Below are positions 1-11,900 of a stretch of 64,000 nucleotides of DNA, piece by piece. Both the position numbers and the translations under genes were made by a program. Each line of letters opens with the position of its first letter. The stretch's first letter is position 1. The notes under the pieces were generated by a model. The model had not been told where the DNA came from and did not search any database. It was given only the letters and a program-made list of their open reading frames with translations. The DNA lies in NCBI GenBank assembly GCA_963816185.1, contig CAWFJJ010000024.1:160001-224000 (forward strand). Reading direction: 5' to 3'. The stretch comes from Thermoanaerobaculia bacterium (GTDB taxonomy: Bacteria > Acidobacteriota > Thermoanaerobaculia > UBA5066).

Positions 1-56
1 GATCGACCGGTACGGCCTGCGCCGGGACAACGAAACCCCGGAGGGCAGGAGTCGCC

Positions 57-650
57 ATGAACCGAGGACGACGTCCGCCGCCATTTCGAGGATTCGGGAG
101 CGCTCCTCTCGGGGGCATTTCAAGCTCTCCTCGGGCCTCCACTCGGAGGCTATCTCCAGTGCGCGAAGGTGCTCCAGTGGCCCGAACGCGCGGGGCGCTC
201 GGCGCCGCCCTGGCCGCTCTGCTCGCCCCTTTTCGCCCGACCGCCGTCGTCTCGCCCGCGATGGGGGGCCTCCTCATCGGCCACGAGGACGGGCCGCAGC
301 CTCTCCGGTCCGGGCGATTTTCGCCGAGCGCGTCGACGGGACCATTCACGCTTCCGGCGGGGGTTCGCCCTCGAACCGGGCGAGCGCGTCGCCGTCGTCG
401 AGGACGTCGTGACGACGGGGAAGTCTACGCGCGAGGACCTCGCTGTCCGCGCCGCCTTCGCGGTCCCGGTCGCGTGCGGAGCATCGTCGACGGGCTCGGC
501 GGCCGAGAAGGCGCCCGCCCTCGACGCGCTCCCGTATCGTGCCTCCTCGCGCTCGACGTCCCCGCCTGGGACCCGCCGCTTGCCCCCTCTGCGCCTCGCG
601 GGGAGCCCGTCGCCGCCCCCGGCTCGCGCCACCTGGCGGCGAAGACGTGA
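57..650 (+). CDS. pyrE: Orotate phosphoribosyltransferase (several frameshifts, probably sequencing errors)
   Basis: Stitched frames give GHFKLSSGLHS..YLQCAKVLQWP, VVSPAMGGLLIGHE and the PRPP-binding motif VAVVEDVVTTGKST. Confidence 0.85.
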   Translation: MNRGRRPPPFRGFGSAPLGGISSSPRASTRRLSPVREGAPVARTRGALGAALAALLAPFRPTAVVSPAMGGLLIGHEDGPQPLRSGRFSPSASTGPFTLPAGVRPRTGRARRRRRGRRDDGEVYARGPRCPRRLRGPGRVRSIVDGLGGREGARPRRAPVSCLLALDVPAWDPPLAPSAPRGEPVAAPGSRHLAAKT

Positions 651-2086
651 ACCGTCCGATCGGCGGCGCCGCCCACGGCGGTTTTCGCGGTCGTCGCCGC
701 GGCTCTTGCGCTCAAACTCGTCGTGCTTGCCGGCGTCGTCCGGACGAGGCCGCAGGCGGTCGTGTACATCGATACCGGCACGTACCTGCGTCCGGCCCTT
801 GCCCTGCTGCGCCACGGGTCGTTCTCGCCGGGCCCGGAGGCCGTCCCGGAGCCCGAGATCAACCGGACGCCGGGATATCCGCTCCTCGTCGCGGCCGCAT
901 GGCGCCTTCTCGGCGAGCGGCCGTGGTGTGGGGCCCGTCTTCGGAGCACTGCTGTCGGCCGGAACCGCGCTTGTGGCGGCGCGCCTCGCGACGAGGCTCT
1001 TCGGCGGGCGGGCCGGCGTCGCCGCCGCGGTCCTCGTGTCGTGCGAGCCGGGGACCTTCCTGCGGTCGCTCGACGCCCTGTCGGACACGCCCTTCACCTT
1101 CGCCCTCATGCTCTCCACCTCCGCCCTCGCGGGGTACGCCGGCGGCGACGGGAGGAGCCCGGCTCGCGCCGGGTTCTGGCTCGCGCTCGCGACGCTCGTA
1201 CGCCCCCTCTCGTACTACCTCCTCCCGCTCGACGCCCTCTTCGTTCTCGTCGTCGCGCGCCGCCGGGGGCGCTCGGTTCGTGCGGCATGCGGGGCCGCGG
1301 CCGTCTTTCTCTTGCCGGCCATTATCTTGGTCGGGGGGTGGGAGGCGCGGAACCTCGCACGCGCCAACGCGTTCACGCTCTCCCCGATCGGGGGCAGTGG
1401 AGCTTCTCTTCTACCGGGCCGCGCCGGTTCTCGCGCGGGCGGAGGGAGCGTCCGTCTCCGAGATGCAGGAAAGGCTCGGGAACCGGGAGCGGTGGTACCG
1501 CTCGGGCGGCGGGACGGAGCGCGAGATCTTCGTGATGCGCGTTACGGGGATCTCTTCCCTCGTCACGAGTCGCCTCTCACTGGTCGAGTTGAATGCGCGC
1601 TGGCGCCGGCAGGCGATCGCGATCTTCGCCTCGCATCCCGTCCTCACCGCGGCGATGGCGGCGAAAGGGGCGGCCCTCCTCCTGCTCACACCGCCGAGCC
1701 TCATTCTCTCGCAGCAATACGGGCTCTTCGTCCCCGACGCCCACGCTCGTCGCCCTCTACGAAGATCGGCGCGTCGGGCCCTTCGCCCTTCTGCTCGTCC
1801 ATGCGGGCCCCCGTTTTTTGCGATTTCCGCGGGGCTCGTGGTGCTCCTCGCGGCGCTCTGGGGCGCGGCCTGCGGGGGGCTGTGGTCGCTGCGCCGCGAG
1901 GTGCCCGCGCTCGTCCACGTCGCGCTCCTCGGGACGTTTCTCTACGTCCTCGTGGTCAGCGCGGGCTTCGAGGCCTCGGACGACCGCTACCGGCTCCCGC
2001 TCGTGCCGATTGCGTGCGTCTATGCGGCGCGCCGGCTCGCCGGACGGTCCGCCGCCGGGACGGACGGGATAATCGGTGCCGCGTGA
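647..2086 (+). CDS. GT39/ArnT-like (PMT_2) integral-membrane glycosyltransferase, frameshifted
   Basis: YIDTGTYL..RTPGYPLL, LSDTPF, GFWLALATLVRP, C-terminal DRYRLPLVP and many hydrophobic segments; GTGA overlap with the pyrE stop. Confidence 0.65.
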   Translation: MNRPIGGAAHGGFRGRRRGSCAQTRRACRRRPDEAAGGRVHRYRHVPASGPCPAAPRVVLAGPGGRPGARDQPDAGISAPRRGRMAPSRRAAVVWGPSSEHCCRPEPRLWRRASRRGSSAGGPASPPRSSCRASRGPSCGRSTPCRTRPSPSPSCSPPPPSRGTPAATGGARLAPGSGSRSRRSYAPSRTTSSRSTPSSFSSSRAAGGARFVRHAGPRPSFSCRPLSWSGGGRRGTSHAPTRSRSPRSGAVELLFYRAAPVLARAEGASVSEMQERLGNRERWYRSGGGTEREIFVMRVTGISSLVTSRLSLVELNARWRRQAIAIFASHPVLTAAMAAKGAALLLLTPPSLILSQQYGLFVPDAHARRPLRRSARRALRPSARPCGPPFFAISAGLVVLLAALWGAACGGLWSLRREVPALVHVALLGTFLYVLVVSAGFEASDDRYRLPLVPIACVYAARRLAGRSAAGTDGIIGAA

Positions 2087-3221
2087 AGCTGATTCGCGGT
2101 CTCGTCGCGAACCTGGTCCTGCCCTCTCGCCATCGCCGGGAGCGCTGTTTCTGCTCCTCGAAGGCGGTTGCCGCGCGGCGCTTCGCTCTGAAGACGGGGG
2201 GAGTGGCCCGAGACGCAGGTCTCCGGCCTACACGAGGTTCGTCGAGAAGATCGGAAAGGCGTACCGGCCGCACCCGCTGCTCATCGTGGCGGGCCGGCCG
2301 AACGCCGTCCTCGAGGCGGCGGGCCACGTCGTGCACTTCAACGCACGCGGCCAGCGCGTCACGAACGTGCGCGACGTGGGTCCCGAAGCCCGAAGGCACG
2401 TACCGCATCGTGTGCGAGGGCGGCTCGACGACGTTCGATCTGCTCGCGCCGGACGACGCGCGACCTGGCCCGCGCGGCTCGGAACGTCCTCGGTCCCCGC
2501 GCCGACGTCGTGAACGCGGGCTTTCCCGGCTGGACGAGCCTTGAGAGCCTCGTGTCGCTGGAGAACGCGCGATCTCGACCTGACACCCGACCTCGTCGTC
2601 GTGTTCTCGGGCGTCAACGACTTCAACCCGCAGGACACGTGCCGTTCGCGCCCGATTACAGCGTGGGCACGCGGAGATCCTCCCTCGCGTGACGGGCGTC
2701 GTGCCCGTGAAGTGCGCTCTCGTCTCCCGCCTCGTCTTCGTGGAATGGCTCCGCGGGCGGCTGAAGCCGCTGGATCGGGAGGAGACCCGGAGGGATACAC
2801 GCCCTCGTACGAATGGAAGGGTGGGCCGAAGCGCGACGACATCCCGGCCGAGGCCGTCGCGGTCTACGAGCGCAACCTGCGCTCCACGATCGCGGTCGCG
2901 TCCTCTCACGGGGCCCGCACGCTCTCGTGGCCCAGGCCGCCCGCGTGCGCGCGGGGCACGAGAAGGCGGATCTCGAATGGCTGGAAGGGTGGACCCCCGG
3001 GCTCACGGCGAAGGGTTATCTCGCGGGGCTCGCGCGCTACAACGCGGTCGCGAGGAAACTCGGGGACGAAGGGCTCGCCCTCTTTCGATCCGTTCGGCGC
3101 AGGGAACTTCACCGACGCGCATTTCTATGATCCGTGTATTTTCGCCCGCAGGCTCCGAGCTCTTCGCGAAGACGCTGGCGGCATACGTGGATGCGCCCGG
3201 GGTCCCCGCGGCAGGCGGTGA
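2083..3221 (+). CDS. SGNH/GDSL hydrolase family protein, frameshifted
   Basis: Blocks YRIVCEGGSTTFD, VVNAGFPGWTS, PDLVVVFSGVND and HFYDP lie in successive frames; N-terminal hydrophobic anchor. Confidence 0.65.
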
Positions 3222-3265
3222 GGCGCCCCACCATCCCGTAGAATCGAGCGCCTGGAGAAACCCGC

Positions 3266-5124
3266 ATGAGCCCGCCCGTCCCACGCCCCTCCTGACAAGG
3301 TGAACCGGCCGCGCGACTTGCGCCTGCTGGCACCCGACCAGCTTCCGCAGCTCGCGGACGAGCTCCGGACTTCGTCATCGACACGGTCGCGAAGACCGGC
3401 GGACACTTCGCTTCGGGCCTCGGCGCGGTCGAGCTGACGGTGGCCCTGCACTACGTGTTCGACACCCCGCGCGACCTCCTCGTCTGGGACGTGGGCCACC
3501 AGGCGTACCCGCACAAGGTGCTGACGGGCCGGCGCCACCGCTCTGCGACGATCCGCCAGAACGGCGGGCTCTCCGGCTTCACGAACCGCGCGGAATCCGA
3601 GTACGACGTCTTCGGCGCCGCCCACGCGTCGACCTCGATCTCGGCGGCGCTCGGCATGGCGACCGCCGCGACCCAGGGGACGATACCAGGTGGTCGCGAT
3701 CATCGGCGACGGCGGCCTGACGGGCGGCGTCGCGATGGAGGGGCTGAACCAGGCCGGCTACCTCAAGACCGGAGCTCATCGTCATCCTGAACGACAACGA
3801 GATGTCGATCTCGCCCAACGTCGGGGCCATCTCCGGGTACCTCCTGCGGATCGCCCGCGGCCAGATCTACAACCGCGTGCGCGGCGACGTCGGCCACATC
3901 CTGAAGAAGCTCCCGGCGGGCCAGCAAGCTCGCGGCTGGCCCAGCACGCTCGAGGACGGCCTCAAGAAGGCGCTCGTGCCCGGGAACGCTCTTCGAGGAG
4001 CTGGGGTTCAACTACGTCGGCCCGATCGACGGCCACGACTCCCCGGCCTCGCGGCACGCTCAGCAAGGCGAAGGACATGCGAAGGGCCGGTCCTGCTGCA
4101 CGTCCTGCACCACGAAGGGCAAGGGCTACAGCTCGCCGAGCACGACCCCGTCTTCTGGCACGGGCCATCGCCGTTCAAGGTCAGACGGGCGAGGTCTCGA
4201 AGAAGGCCGCGCCGCCGACCTACACGGCCATCTTCGCCGAACGCTGGTCGAGCTGGCCGAGAACGACCCGCGGATCGTCGGCGATCACGGCCGCGATGCC
4301 CGATGGCACGGGCCGACCGGTTCGCGAAGACAATTCCCGGACCGGACCTTCGACGTCGGGGATCTCCGAGGAGCACGCCGTCCTCTTCGCCGCGGGCCTG
4401 GCGACGCGGGCTCAGGCCGGTCTGCGCGATCTACTCGACGTTCCTGCAGCGCGCCTACGATCAGATCGTCCACGACGTCTGCCTGCAGGACCTGCCGGTC
4501 GTCTTCGCCCTCGACCGGGCGGGGCTGGTCGGCGAGGACGGCCCCACGCACCACGGGGTCTTCGACCTCTCCTACCTGCGCGTCTTCCCGAACATCTGGT
4601 CGCCGCGCCGAAGGACGAGAACGAGCTGCGCCACCTCCTCGCGACCGCGCTCGCCACCGGTCACCCCACGGCCATCCGATATCCGCGCGGGGCGGGCAGC
4701 GGAGTGCCGCGCTCGACCCGAGCTCGAAACTGCTCCCGGTCGGAAAGGGCGAGGTGCTTCGCGTCGGGCAGGGACGGCGTGGTTTTCGCCGTCGGCGACC
4801 CGTCTTCCCCGCCTGAAGGCCGCGGAGGGCTCGCCGCCGAGGGGGCGGCGTCGCTCACCGTCGTCAACGCCCGATGGGTGAAGCCGCTCGACCGTGAGCT
4901 CCTCGCGAGTTCGTCAAGTCGGGAACGAGGGTCGTCACGGTCGAGGAGAACGAGTCGCGGGCGGCTTCGGCTCCGCCGTGTCCGAGGCGCTCGACGAGAT
5001 GGGCATCGGCGCGGATGTCCAGCAGGTCGGGATCCCCGACCGGTTCGTCCCGCACGCCACACAGGCGGAGCAGCGGCAGGAGCTCGGCCTCGACGAGGAC
5101 GGTCTCCTCGGCTCGTTCCGCTGA
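3266..5124 (+). CDS. dxs: 1-deoxy-D-xylulose-5-phosphate synthase (many frameshifts)
   Basis: [90 protein letters not shown]. Confidence 0.93.
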
Positions 5125-5184
5125 GGCGACGCCGGCCGTCGTCGGCCGATCCGTCGGGCCGCGGCTCGCGGCAGCCCGCCCCCG

Positions 5185-6298
5185 ATGCGCGCCCTCGTCT
5201 CCGAGGGGGCCGGAGCGCTCGCGCTCCGCGAAGTCGCGACCCCTCGGCCGGGGCCGGGTGAGGTCCTCGTGCGCGTCGGCGTCGCGCTCACGTGCGCGAC
5301 CGACTTCAAGTCGCCGCGCGGCCATCCGAAATTTCCGTTTCCGCTCGCGCTCGGGCACGAGTTCGCGGGGGTCGTCGAGGCGGCGGGCTCCGGAGCGCCC
5401 TTTTCGCCCCCGGGGAGCATGTGACCTCGGCGGTATCCGGCCCCTGCGGGCGTTGCGACGACTGCCATCGGGGGCGGGAGAACCTCTGCGCCACCGCGTT
5501 CGAGAGGCCGCTCTTCGGCGCCTTCGCGGACTTTCTCCTCGTCCCGGAGCGCATCGTGAGGAACGGCCTCAGAAGAATCCCGCAGGGCCTCTCCGATGAG
5601 GCGGCCGCGCTCCTGGATCCGCTCGCGAGCGTGGTGCACGCACTGAATCGGGTGAAGGCGCAGGACGGCGAGGACGTTCTCATCGTGGGCACCGGCCCGA
5701 TCGCCGCCATGATGTTTCTTCTCTTGCGGGGGAAGGAGCGAGAAAGAAGAGAGAGGGAGCCGGAAGCGGAGAAGCACGTCGGATCGTCGTGGCGGGAAGG
5801 AGAGAGGAGAGGCTCGTTTTCTTCGAAAGGATGAACGCTGAGGTTGCGCACATCGCGGGCTCGCCGCGTGACCCGCAGGCCGAAGCTCGGCTACCCCTAC
5901 TCACCTTCGAAGAAATCCACCCTTACCCGAGCGCATCGAACGCAAGCGCGGAGAGGGAGAAAAATTCTCTCTGATCATCGACACGACGGGAGACTCCGGT
6001 GTGATCTCGGAGCTGCCGGCGCTCGCCGCGAATGGGGGCACGGTGCTGCTCTTCGCGGGGATGCACGAGGGCGCGCGCGTGAGCGTGGACGCCTACGCGC
6101 TGCACTATCGCGAGGTGTCGATGGCGGGCTCGTTCCACTACACGCCGGGCGACGTGGATGCGGCCTTCGCGCTTCTCGCCGGCGGCGCGATCCCCGTCGA
6201 GCTCTCTCGTCGAGGAGAGGCGGAGGCTCGCCCAATGGCGCGAAGCGTTCGACCTCGTCGAGAGAGGAGCCGCGATGAAGGTGGCTCTCGTCCCGTGA
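5185..6298 (+). CDS. Zn-dependent medium-chain alcohol/polyol dehydrogenase, frameshifted, with low-complexity insertions
   Basis: TCATDFK, LGHEFAG, structural Zn site CGRCDDC..ENLC, VLIVGTGPIA, C-terminal MKVALVP. Confidence 0.8.
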
Positions 6299-7311
6299 AG
6301 GCCGTCCTCGTCCGCTCGCTCGACGACGTGGCCGTGGTGGAGATGGAGAGGCCGGTCCCAGGCCCCGGCGAAATCGTCGTCGCGATGAAGGCCGTGGGGA
6401 TCTGTGGCAGCGATACGACGCCGTGGTACGTTGCCTCGAAGGCGCCGGTCGTTCTCGGTCACGAGCCGGCGGGAGTCGTCGCCGAGGCCGGAGCTCTCGT
6501 CACTGCGCTCCGGACGGGCGACCGCGTCGTCGTGCACCACCACGCGGCCTGCGGCACCTGCCGCTTCTGCCGCGCCGGGGAGGACGTGATGTGTCCCGAG
6601 TGGAAGAAGGCGCGCCTCCATCCCGGCGGGCTCGCCGAGTACGTCCGCGTCGAGGCGGCCGCCGTCGCCACGGACACCCTGCGGCTTCCGGACTCCCTTT
6701 CCTTCGAAGACGGCGCGCTCGTCGAGCCGCTCGCGTGCGCCGTGAAGGCCGTCCGCCGGGCGCGGGTTAGGGCCGGGGATTCCGTCGCGGTGATCGGACT
6801 GGGGGCCAACGGCATCCTACTTGGCCTCGTCGCGAGGAACGCGGGCGCCGCGACGCTCGTCGGCTGCGATCCCGATCCCGCGCGGAGAGCGCACGCGCGT
6901 CGACTGGGCTTCGATGAGGCGGGAGAGCCCGGAAGAGATTTCTCTGAGAAGGTGAAGAGAGCCTCGGCGATCGGGGCCGACGTGGTCTTCGTACTGCCGA
7001 CCGCCGAAGCGGCCGTGCTTTCTTCTCTCGATGCGGCGGGCTCCGCCGGCCGCGTCGTCTTCTATTCGCCGGTCGAGCCCTCGAAGACGTGGCGGCTCTC
7101 CCCTCATTCGTTGTATCTCCGGGATCTCGCTCTTCTCTTCAGCTACTCCTCCGGCGCGCGGGACCTCCGGGAGGCGGTGGCGCTGCTCGAGTGCGGCGCG
7201 GTCCGTGCCCAGGACCTCGTGACGAACCGCGTCCCGCTCGTGCGGGCCGCCGAGGCCTTCGCGATGGCGCGGCAGGGGGGCGACGTCCTCAAGGTCGTCG
7301 TGACCTTCTGA
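6295..7311 (+). CDS. Zn-dependent medium-chain alcohol/polyol dehydrogenase
   Basis: GICGSD, LGHEPAG, CGTCRFC..VMC, VEPLACA, VIGLGANG; GTG start overlaps the previous stop. Confidence 0.88.
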   Translation: MKAVLVRSLDDVAVVEMERPVPGPGEIVVAMKAVGICGSDTTPWYVASKAPVVLGHEPAGVVAEAGALVTALRTGDRVVVHHHAACGTCRFCRAGEDVMCPEWKKARLHPGGLAEYVRVEAAAVATDTLRLPDSLSFEDGALVEPLACAVKAVRRARVRAGDSVAVIGLGANGILLGLVARNAGAATLVGCDPDPARRAHARRLGFDEAGEPGRDFSEKVKRASAIGADVVFVLPTAEAAVLSSLDAAGSAGRVVFYSPVEPSKTWRLSPHSLYLRDLALLFSYSSGARDLREAVALLECGAVRAQDLVTNRVPLVRAAEAFAMARQGGDVLKVVVTF

Positions 7312-8057
7312 AGAAGCGTCTCGACGTCGTCCTCGTGGAGCGCGCTCTCGCGGAATCGCGGACGCGGGCCGGGGCGCTCATCCTCGCGGGCCGGGTTTCG
7401 GTCGCCGGCCACGAGCGGGTGAAGCCGGGCACGCTCGTGGCGGAGGATGCCGAGATCGCGGTCGGAGAGCCGGAGCATCCCTGGGTCTCGCGCGGGGGCG
7501 TGAAGCTGGATTACGGCCTGACCCACTTCGGGATCGAGCCGAAGGGGCGGATCTGTCTCGACCTCGGTGCGTCGACGGGAGGCTTCACGGACGTGCTCCT
7601 CGCGCGCGGCGCCGCGCGCGTCTACGCCCTGGACGTGGGTTACGGGCAGCTCCATGGCCGCCTCCGTAGCGACCCGCGTGTCGTCTTGCGCGAGAAAGTG
7701 AACGCGCGGTTCCTGACGCGGGCCGACGTGCCCGAGGCTCCCTCGCTTCTCGTGGCGGACCTGTCGTTCATCTCGCTCACCCTCGTCCTGCCGGCGGCCG
7801 TGCCGCTTCTCGCGGAAGAGGCCGACGTGCTCGTCCTCGTCAAGCCGCAGTTCGAGGCGGCGCGTCGGGAGGTCGGTCGCGGCGGCATCGTGCGCGACGA
7901 GGGCGTGCGCGCGCGGGCTCTCGCGCGCGTGACGGCGGCCGGCGAGCGGCTCTCTCTCACGAGCCGCGGGGCGATCCCTTCGCCGATCACGGGAGCGGAG
8001 GGAAACGTCGAGCTCCTCGCGGCGTTCCGCCGGAATCCCGCTACACTTCCGGGGTGA
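7308..8057 (+). CDS. tlyA: TlyA family rRNA 2'-O-methyltransferase (apparent CTG start)
   Basis: KKRLDVVLVER S4 domain, WVSRGGVKL, LDLGASTGGFTD, DLSFISL, LVKPQFEA, SPITGAEGNVE. Confidence 0.92.
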   Translation: MKKRLDVVLVERALAESRTRAGALILAGRVSVAGHERVKPGTLVAEDAEIAVGEPEHPWVSRGGVKLDYGLTHFGIEPKGRICLDLGASTGGFTDVLLARGAARVYALDVGYGQLHGRLRSDPRVVLREKVNARFLTRADVPEAPSLLVADLSFISLTLVLPAAVPLLAEEADVLVLVKPQFEAARREVGRGGIVRDEGVRARALARVTAAGERLSLTSRGAIPSPITGAEGNVELLAAFRRNPATLPG

Positions 8058-8953
8058 AATCCGGGGTGCGGCCGGGCCGTCGCGTGCGGCGAGTGGGTCT
8101 CGTGACGCGCTACAGCAGCGCGGCGGCGATCGCCCTTTCGCGCAAGCTCGAGCGCCAGCTCCGGCGCCGCGGGATCACGGTGATCCACGATGTCGAGTCG
8201 TCGCGGGCCCGCGGCGTCTCGGGCGGGGCGCCCCGCGCGCAGATCGCGCGTCTCGTGGATCTCGTCGTAACGCTCGGGGGAGACGGAACGCTCCTCTCGG
8301 TGGCGCGCCATCCGGCGCCCGGCGTCGCCGTCCTGGGGATCGACATTGGCACGCTCGGCTTCCTGACGACCTGCAGGCCGGACGAGTCGGCGGAGGTGCT
8401 CGAGAGGGCGCTCGCGGGAACGGCGCACATCGAGAGGCGGCGCCTGCTCTCGGTGCGTGTGACGGAGCGCAGTCGCGCGCCGCGGCGCTACCGCGTCGTG
8501 AACGACGCCGTTCTCGCGAAGTCGGCGCTCGCGCGCATCGCGACGATCCGCGTCGACGTCGATGGCCGCATGGTGTCGCGATATCGCGGAGACGGGCTCA
8601 TCGTGTCGACGCCGACTGGCTCCACCGCGTACAACCTCTCGGCGGGCGGGCCCATTCTCGAGCCGACCCTGCCGGCGCTGGTTCTCACGCCGGTGTGCCC
8701 GCACACGTTGACGCTGCGTCCGCTCGTTCTCCCGGACTCCGTCCGCCTCGACCTGTCGGTGGAGAACGACCCCACGGACGTATTCCTGACGCTCGACGGC
8801 CAGGAAGGATTCCCGGTTGGCTCCTTGACGCGCATCGCGATCGCCCGGTCCTCCGAGACGATCTCTCTCGTGCGGGCCTCGGAGGCGTCCTTCTTCGAGG
8901 TCCTCGCCCGGAAGCTCTCGTTCGGCGGCGAGCGGGAGAACGCGGCTCGGTAA
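8054..8953 (+). CDS. nadK: NAD(+) kinase
   Basis: LGGDGTLL, GTLGFL, VVND, GDGLIVSTPTGSTAYNLSAGGP, PVCPH. Confidence 0.95.
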   Translation: MKSGVRPGRRVRRVGLVTRYSSAAAIALSRKLERQLRRRGITVIHDVESSRARGVSGGAPRAQIARLVDLVVTLGGDGTLLSVARHPAPGVAVLGIDIGTLGFLTTCRPDESAEVLERALAGTAHIERRRLLSVRVTERSRAPRRYRVVNDAVLAKSALARIATIRVDVDGRMVSRYRGDGLIVSTPTGSTAYNLSAGGPILEPTLPALVLTPVCPHTLTLRPLVLPDSVRLDLSVENDPTDVFLTLDGQEGFPVGSLTRIAIARSSETISLVRASEASFFEVLARKLSFGGERENAAR

Positions 8954-8960
8954 CGAGGAG

Positions 8961-11900
8961 ATGCGCCGCCTCCCGCACCTCTCCCTCACGCAGGTCCGGC
9001 TCGTCCGTCTCTTCACGCTTCTTCTCGTCTTCACCGTCCTCGTCCTGTATGCGGTTTTCCGCTCCTCGCGTTTCCAGGAACTTCTCCGCCGCCGGACCGA
9101 AAGGCTGGTGACGGCGAAGATCGGACGGACCGTCACCATCGGGAGCTTCGACCTCGCGCTCGTCCCGTTCGCGTTTCTCGTGCGCGATGTCGCCGTGGCG
9201 AACGACCGGCGGGGTCTCTCCGGTCCGGCGTTCTCGGCTTCCGAAATCGAGCTGCGCGGCTTGCCGACCATCACGAGCCGCCACATCGACATCCCGAAGC
9301 TCCGCGTGGTTTCGCCGCGCGTGGTCGTCGAGGTATTCCCGGACGGGACGACGAATCTGAAGCCGGTTCTCGATGCCCTCGTGGGAGGAGGCGGCGGAGG
9401 CCTCGACGTCCGCCTTCAGGAGGCGGTCATCCAGCGCGCGACCCTTCGCTTCCGGGAATGGGACGCCGAGATCGACGCGATCCTCCAGGACGCGGCGGTC
9501 ACGGCCAGAGCCGGCCGCAGCCGGACGGTGACTCACCTTGCGCTCGCGTGTCGCAAGGGGCGCTTCAAGCTCGAGGACAACGAGACACTCGACTTCGCGA
9601 TTGGCGCGGAGGTGACGCTCGCGCCGGGGCGCGTGCACCTGACAGGCCTGAGGCTGCGCGGCGACCGGCTGAAGCTCGAGGCTTCGGGCGGCGTCGACGA
9701 TCTCAAGAAACCGATCCTCGCTCTCGTCGCCCGCGCCGAGACGACCGGCGAGACCCTTTCGAAAGTATTCGGGCTCGGCCTTCCGCTCACGGGCGCCGTG
9801 AGGATGCGCGGCACGCTGCGCTTCGGCGAGCCGGGCGGCTTCCGCATCTTCGGAGCTTTCGATCTCGACGCCGCCGCGTTCGGCCCGTTCCCGATGACGG
9901 GCGAGGGCGTGATTCGCGTGGACCCGAACGGCCTTCTCGTGAACGTGACGCGCGCGAGCTACGCGGGCGGAGCGCTGGAGGCCGTCGTCCGCCTCGAGAG
10001 GATCAAGAACCCGCCGCTTCCGGTTCGCATCGCGCTGCGCGGGCGCGGCCTCGACTTCGAGCAGTTCTTCTCAGACCTCGGGCTCAAGGGAACGGGGCTC
10101 ATGGGACGCGCCGACCTCGACTCGACCCTCACGTTCGGGCGCGGCGGAATCGAGCATGCCGACGGGATCGGACGGATCCACCTGACGGCCGACGGGGGAC
10201 GGCCCTCGGCGGTCAAGGGACGGTTCGCGCTGCCCGTTTCCGGAGGCGGTCCCCTCGAGGTCCGCGACGGCCAGCTCCTCTTCCGGGCGTCACGTTCGCG
10301 ACGGCCGGAGGTGCCCGGATCCGCGTCGACGGTGGGCTGCGCCTCGGAACCTGGCAGCCCGACCTTCAGCTGGAGATCGCCTCCGACGACCTCGCGGAGG
10401 TTGAGCGGATCGCGGACAACTTCTATCCCGCCATCCAGAACGGAGCCCTTGACGCCGCCCCTCGGACCTCGGAGGAGCGGGGCGGATCGTCGCGCACCTC
10501 TCTCGCAGCTTCTCCGATCCGCGGGTCGAGGGGCGGCTGTCCGCTTCGGGTTTCGTGCTTCGAGGCGTGCCGTTCGGGACGGCCTCGGCCGGGTTCTCGT
10601 GGACCGGAACGTGGCGGCGTTCTCGCCTTTCACAGCGACGGACGGAGGCGGCTCTGTCACCGTCACCGGGAAGATCGGCTGGGGCGGGGCCCTCAAGGAC
10701 GAGTATCGCCTGGATGGCCTCGTGGCGGAGTTTTCCGCATGGCCCATCGAGCGCGTGCTGAAGTTCCTCGATCTCGACCTGCCGATCACCGGCGCGGGCA
10801 CCGGACGGCTTCCGCTCGATGGCGTGACCCCGGCTCTGTCGGGCCGGATTCCGCTCGTCCTGACCGACGCGACCCTGTGGGGGCAGAAGCTCGACCGGCT
10901 GGAAGGCATGCTGGCCTTCGAGAAGGACCGGATCGTGGTCGAGAACGCGACGGCGCGTCTCGCGGACGGCGCCGCGACCGGGGGTGGCTTCTATCGATAT
11001 GCCGACCGCGCTTATGGACTCGATCTCGACGTCCAGGCCATTCCCGTCGCCCGCCTGGATGCGGCCGGCGGACTGTCGCTCACGGGGATCCTTTCGGGGC
11101 AGGTGACGGGGTCCGGGACGGTGGACAAGCCGAATCTCGACATCTCGGCGACGCGTCGCCGATGCGACGTGGAGCGGGAGTCCGCTCGAGCGCCAGGGCA
11201 CGGAGCTCGAGCTCCGGGTGACGGCCGACCGAGGCGCGTTCACTCTCTTCGCGCGCGCTCCCGAAGCGGCCGAGATCAGACTCGCGCCAGACGGACCGAG
11301 GGGCGATGGCGCGGCCGTGTCGAGGTGACGTCCCTGGCGCCGTTCGCGTCGCTGCTGGGCCTGCCCGAGGACGCCCGTCTCGATGGGCGGCTCTCCGCCG
11401 AGGCGTCGCTCTCCCCGGGAAGGATATGAACGCCCTGCGAGGGGAGGGCAAGGTTTCGGCGGCGCGCGTCACGGCCTACGGGCGGACGCTCGAGCTCCGC
11501 TCGCCGGCGCCGCTCAAGGTGGAGAACGGAAAGGTCTTTCTCGAACGGCTGACGCTCGCGGAGATGCCGCGCGAGGATTTGCCTCCGGCGCCGCCGACGA
11601 CTCTCACGATCTCGGGCAGCGCCGGGCTGAGCGCGCCGCACGCGCTCGACCTTTTCGCCGTCGGCTCGTTCGACGCCGCGCTTCTCAAGCCGGCGCTCGA
11701 GGGAATGAACGCGGCCGGGCGCGCGACCGTGGACCTCAGGGTGGGCGGAACTGCTGCCAAGCCGGCGCTCCTCGGCCGGGTCGCGCTCGACGGCATAGAC
11801 CTCTCCTCGCCGGGCGGCGCCGCGTTCGAGTCGATCACGGGAACGCTCCTGTTCTCGGAGGATCGCATCACCGTCGGAGAGCCTCTCGGTCCGGTACAAC

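Noticed and set aside
1-60. Possible 3' end of an upstream gene
   Set aside because: Too short and in an error-rich region; neither frame nor product can be assigned.
5817-5918. MITE bounded by the inverted motif pair
   Set aside because: The interiors of the four pairs are not homologous and include conserved host coding sequence; I saw no consistent target-site duplication.
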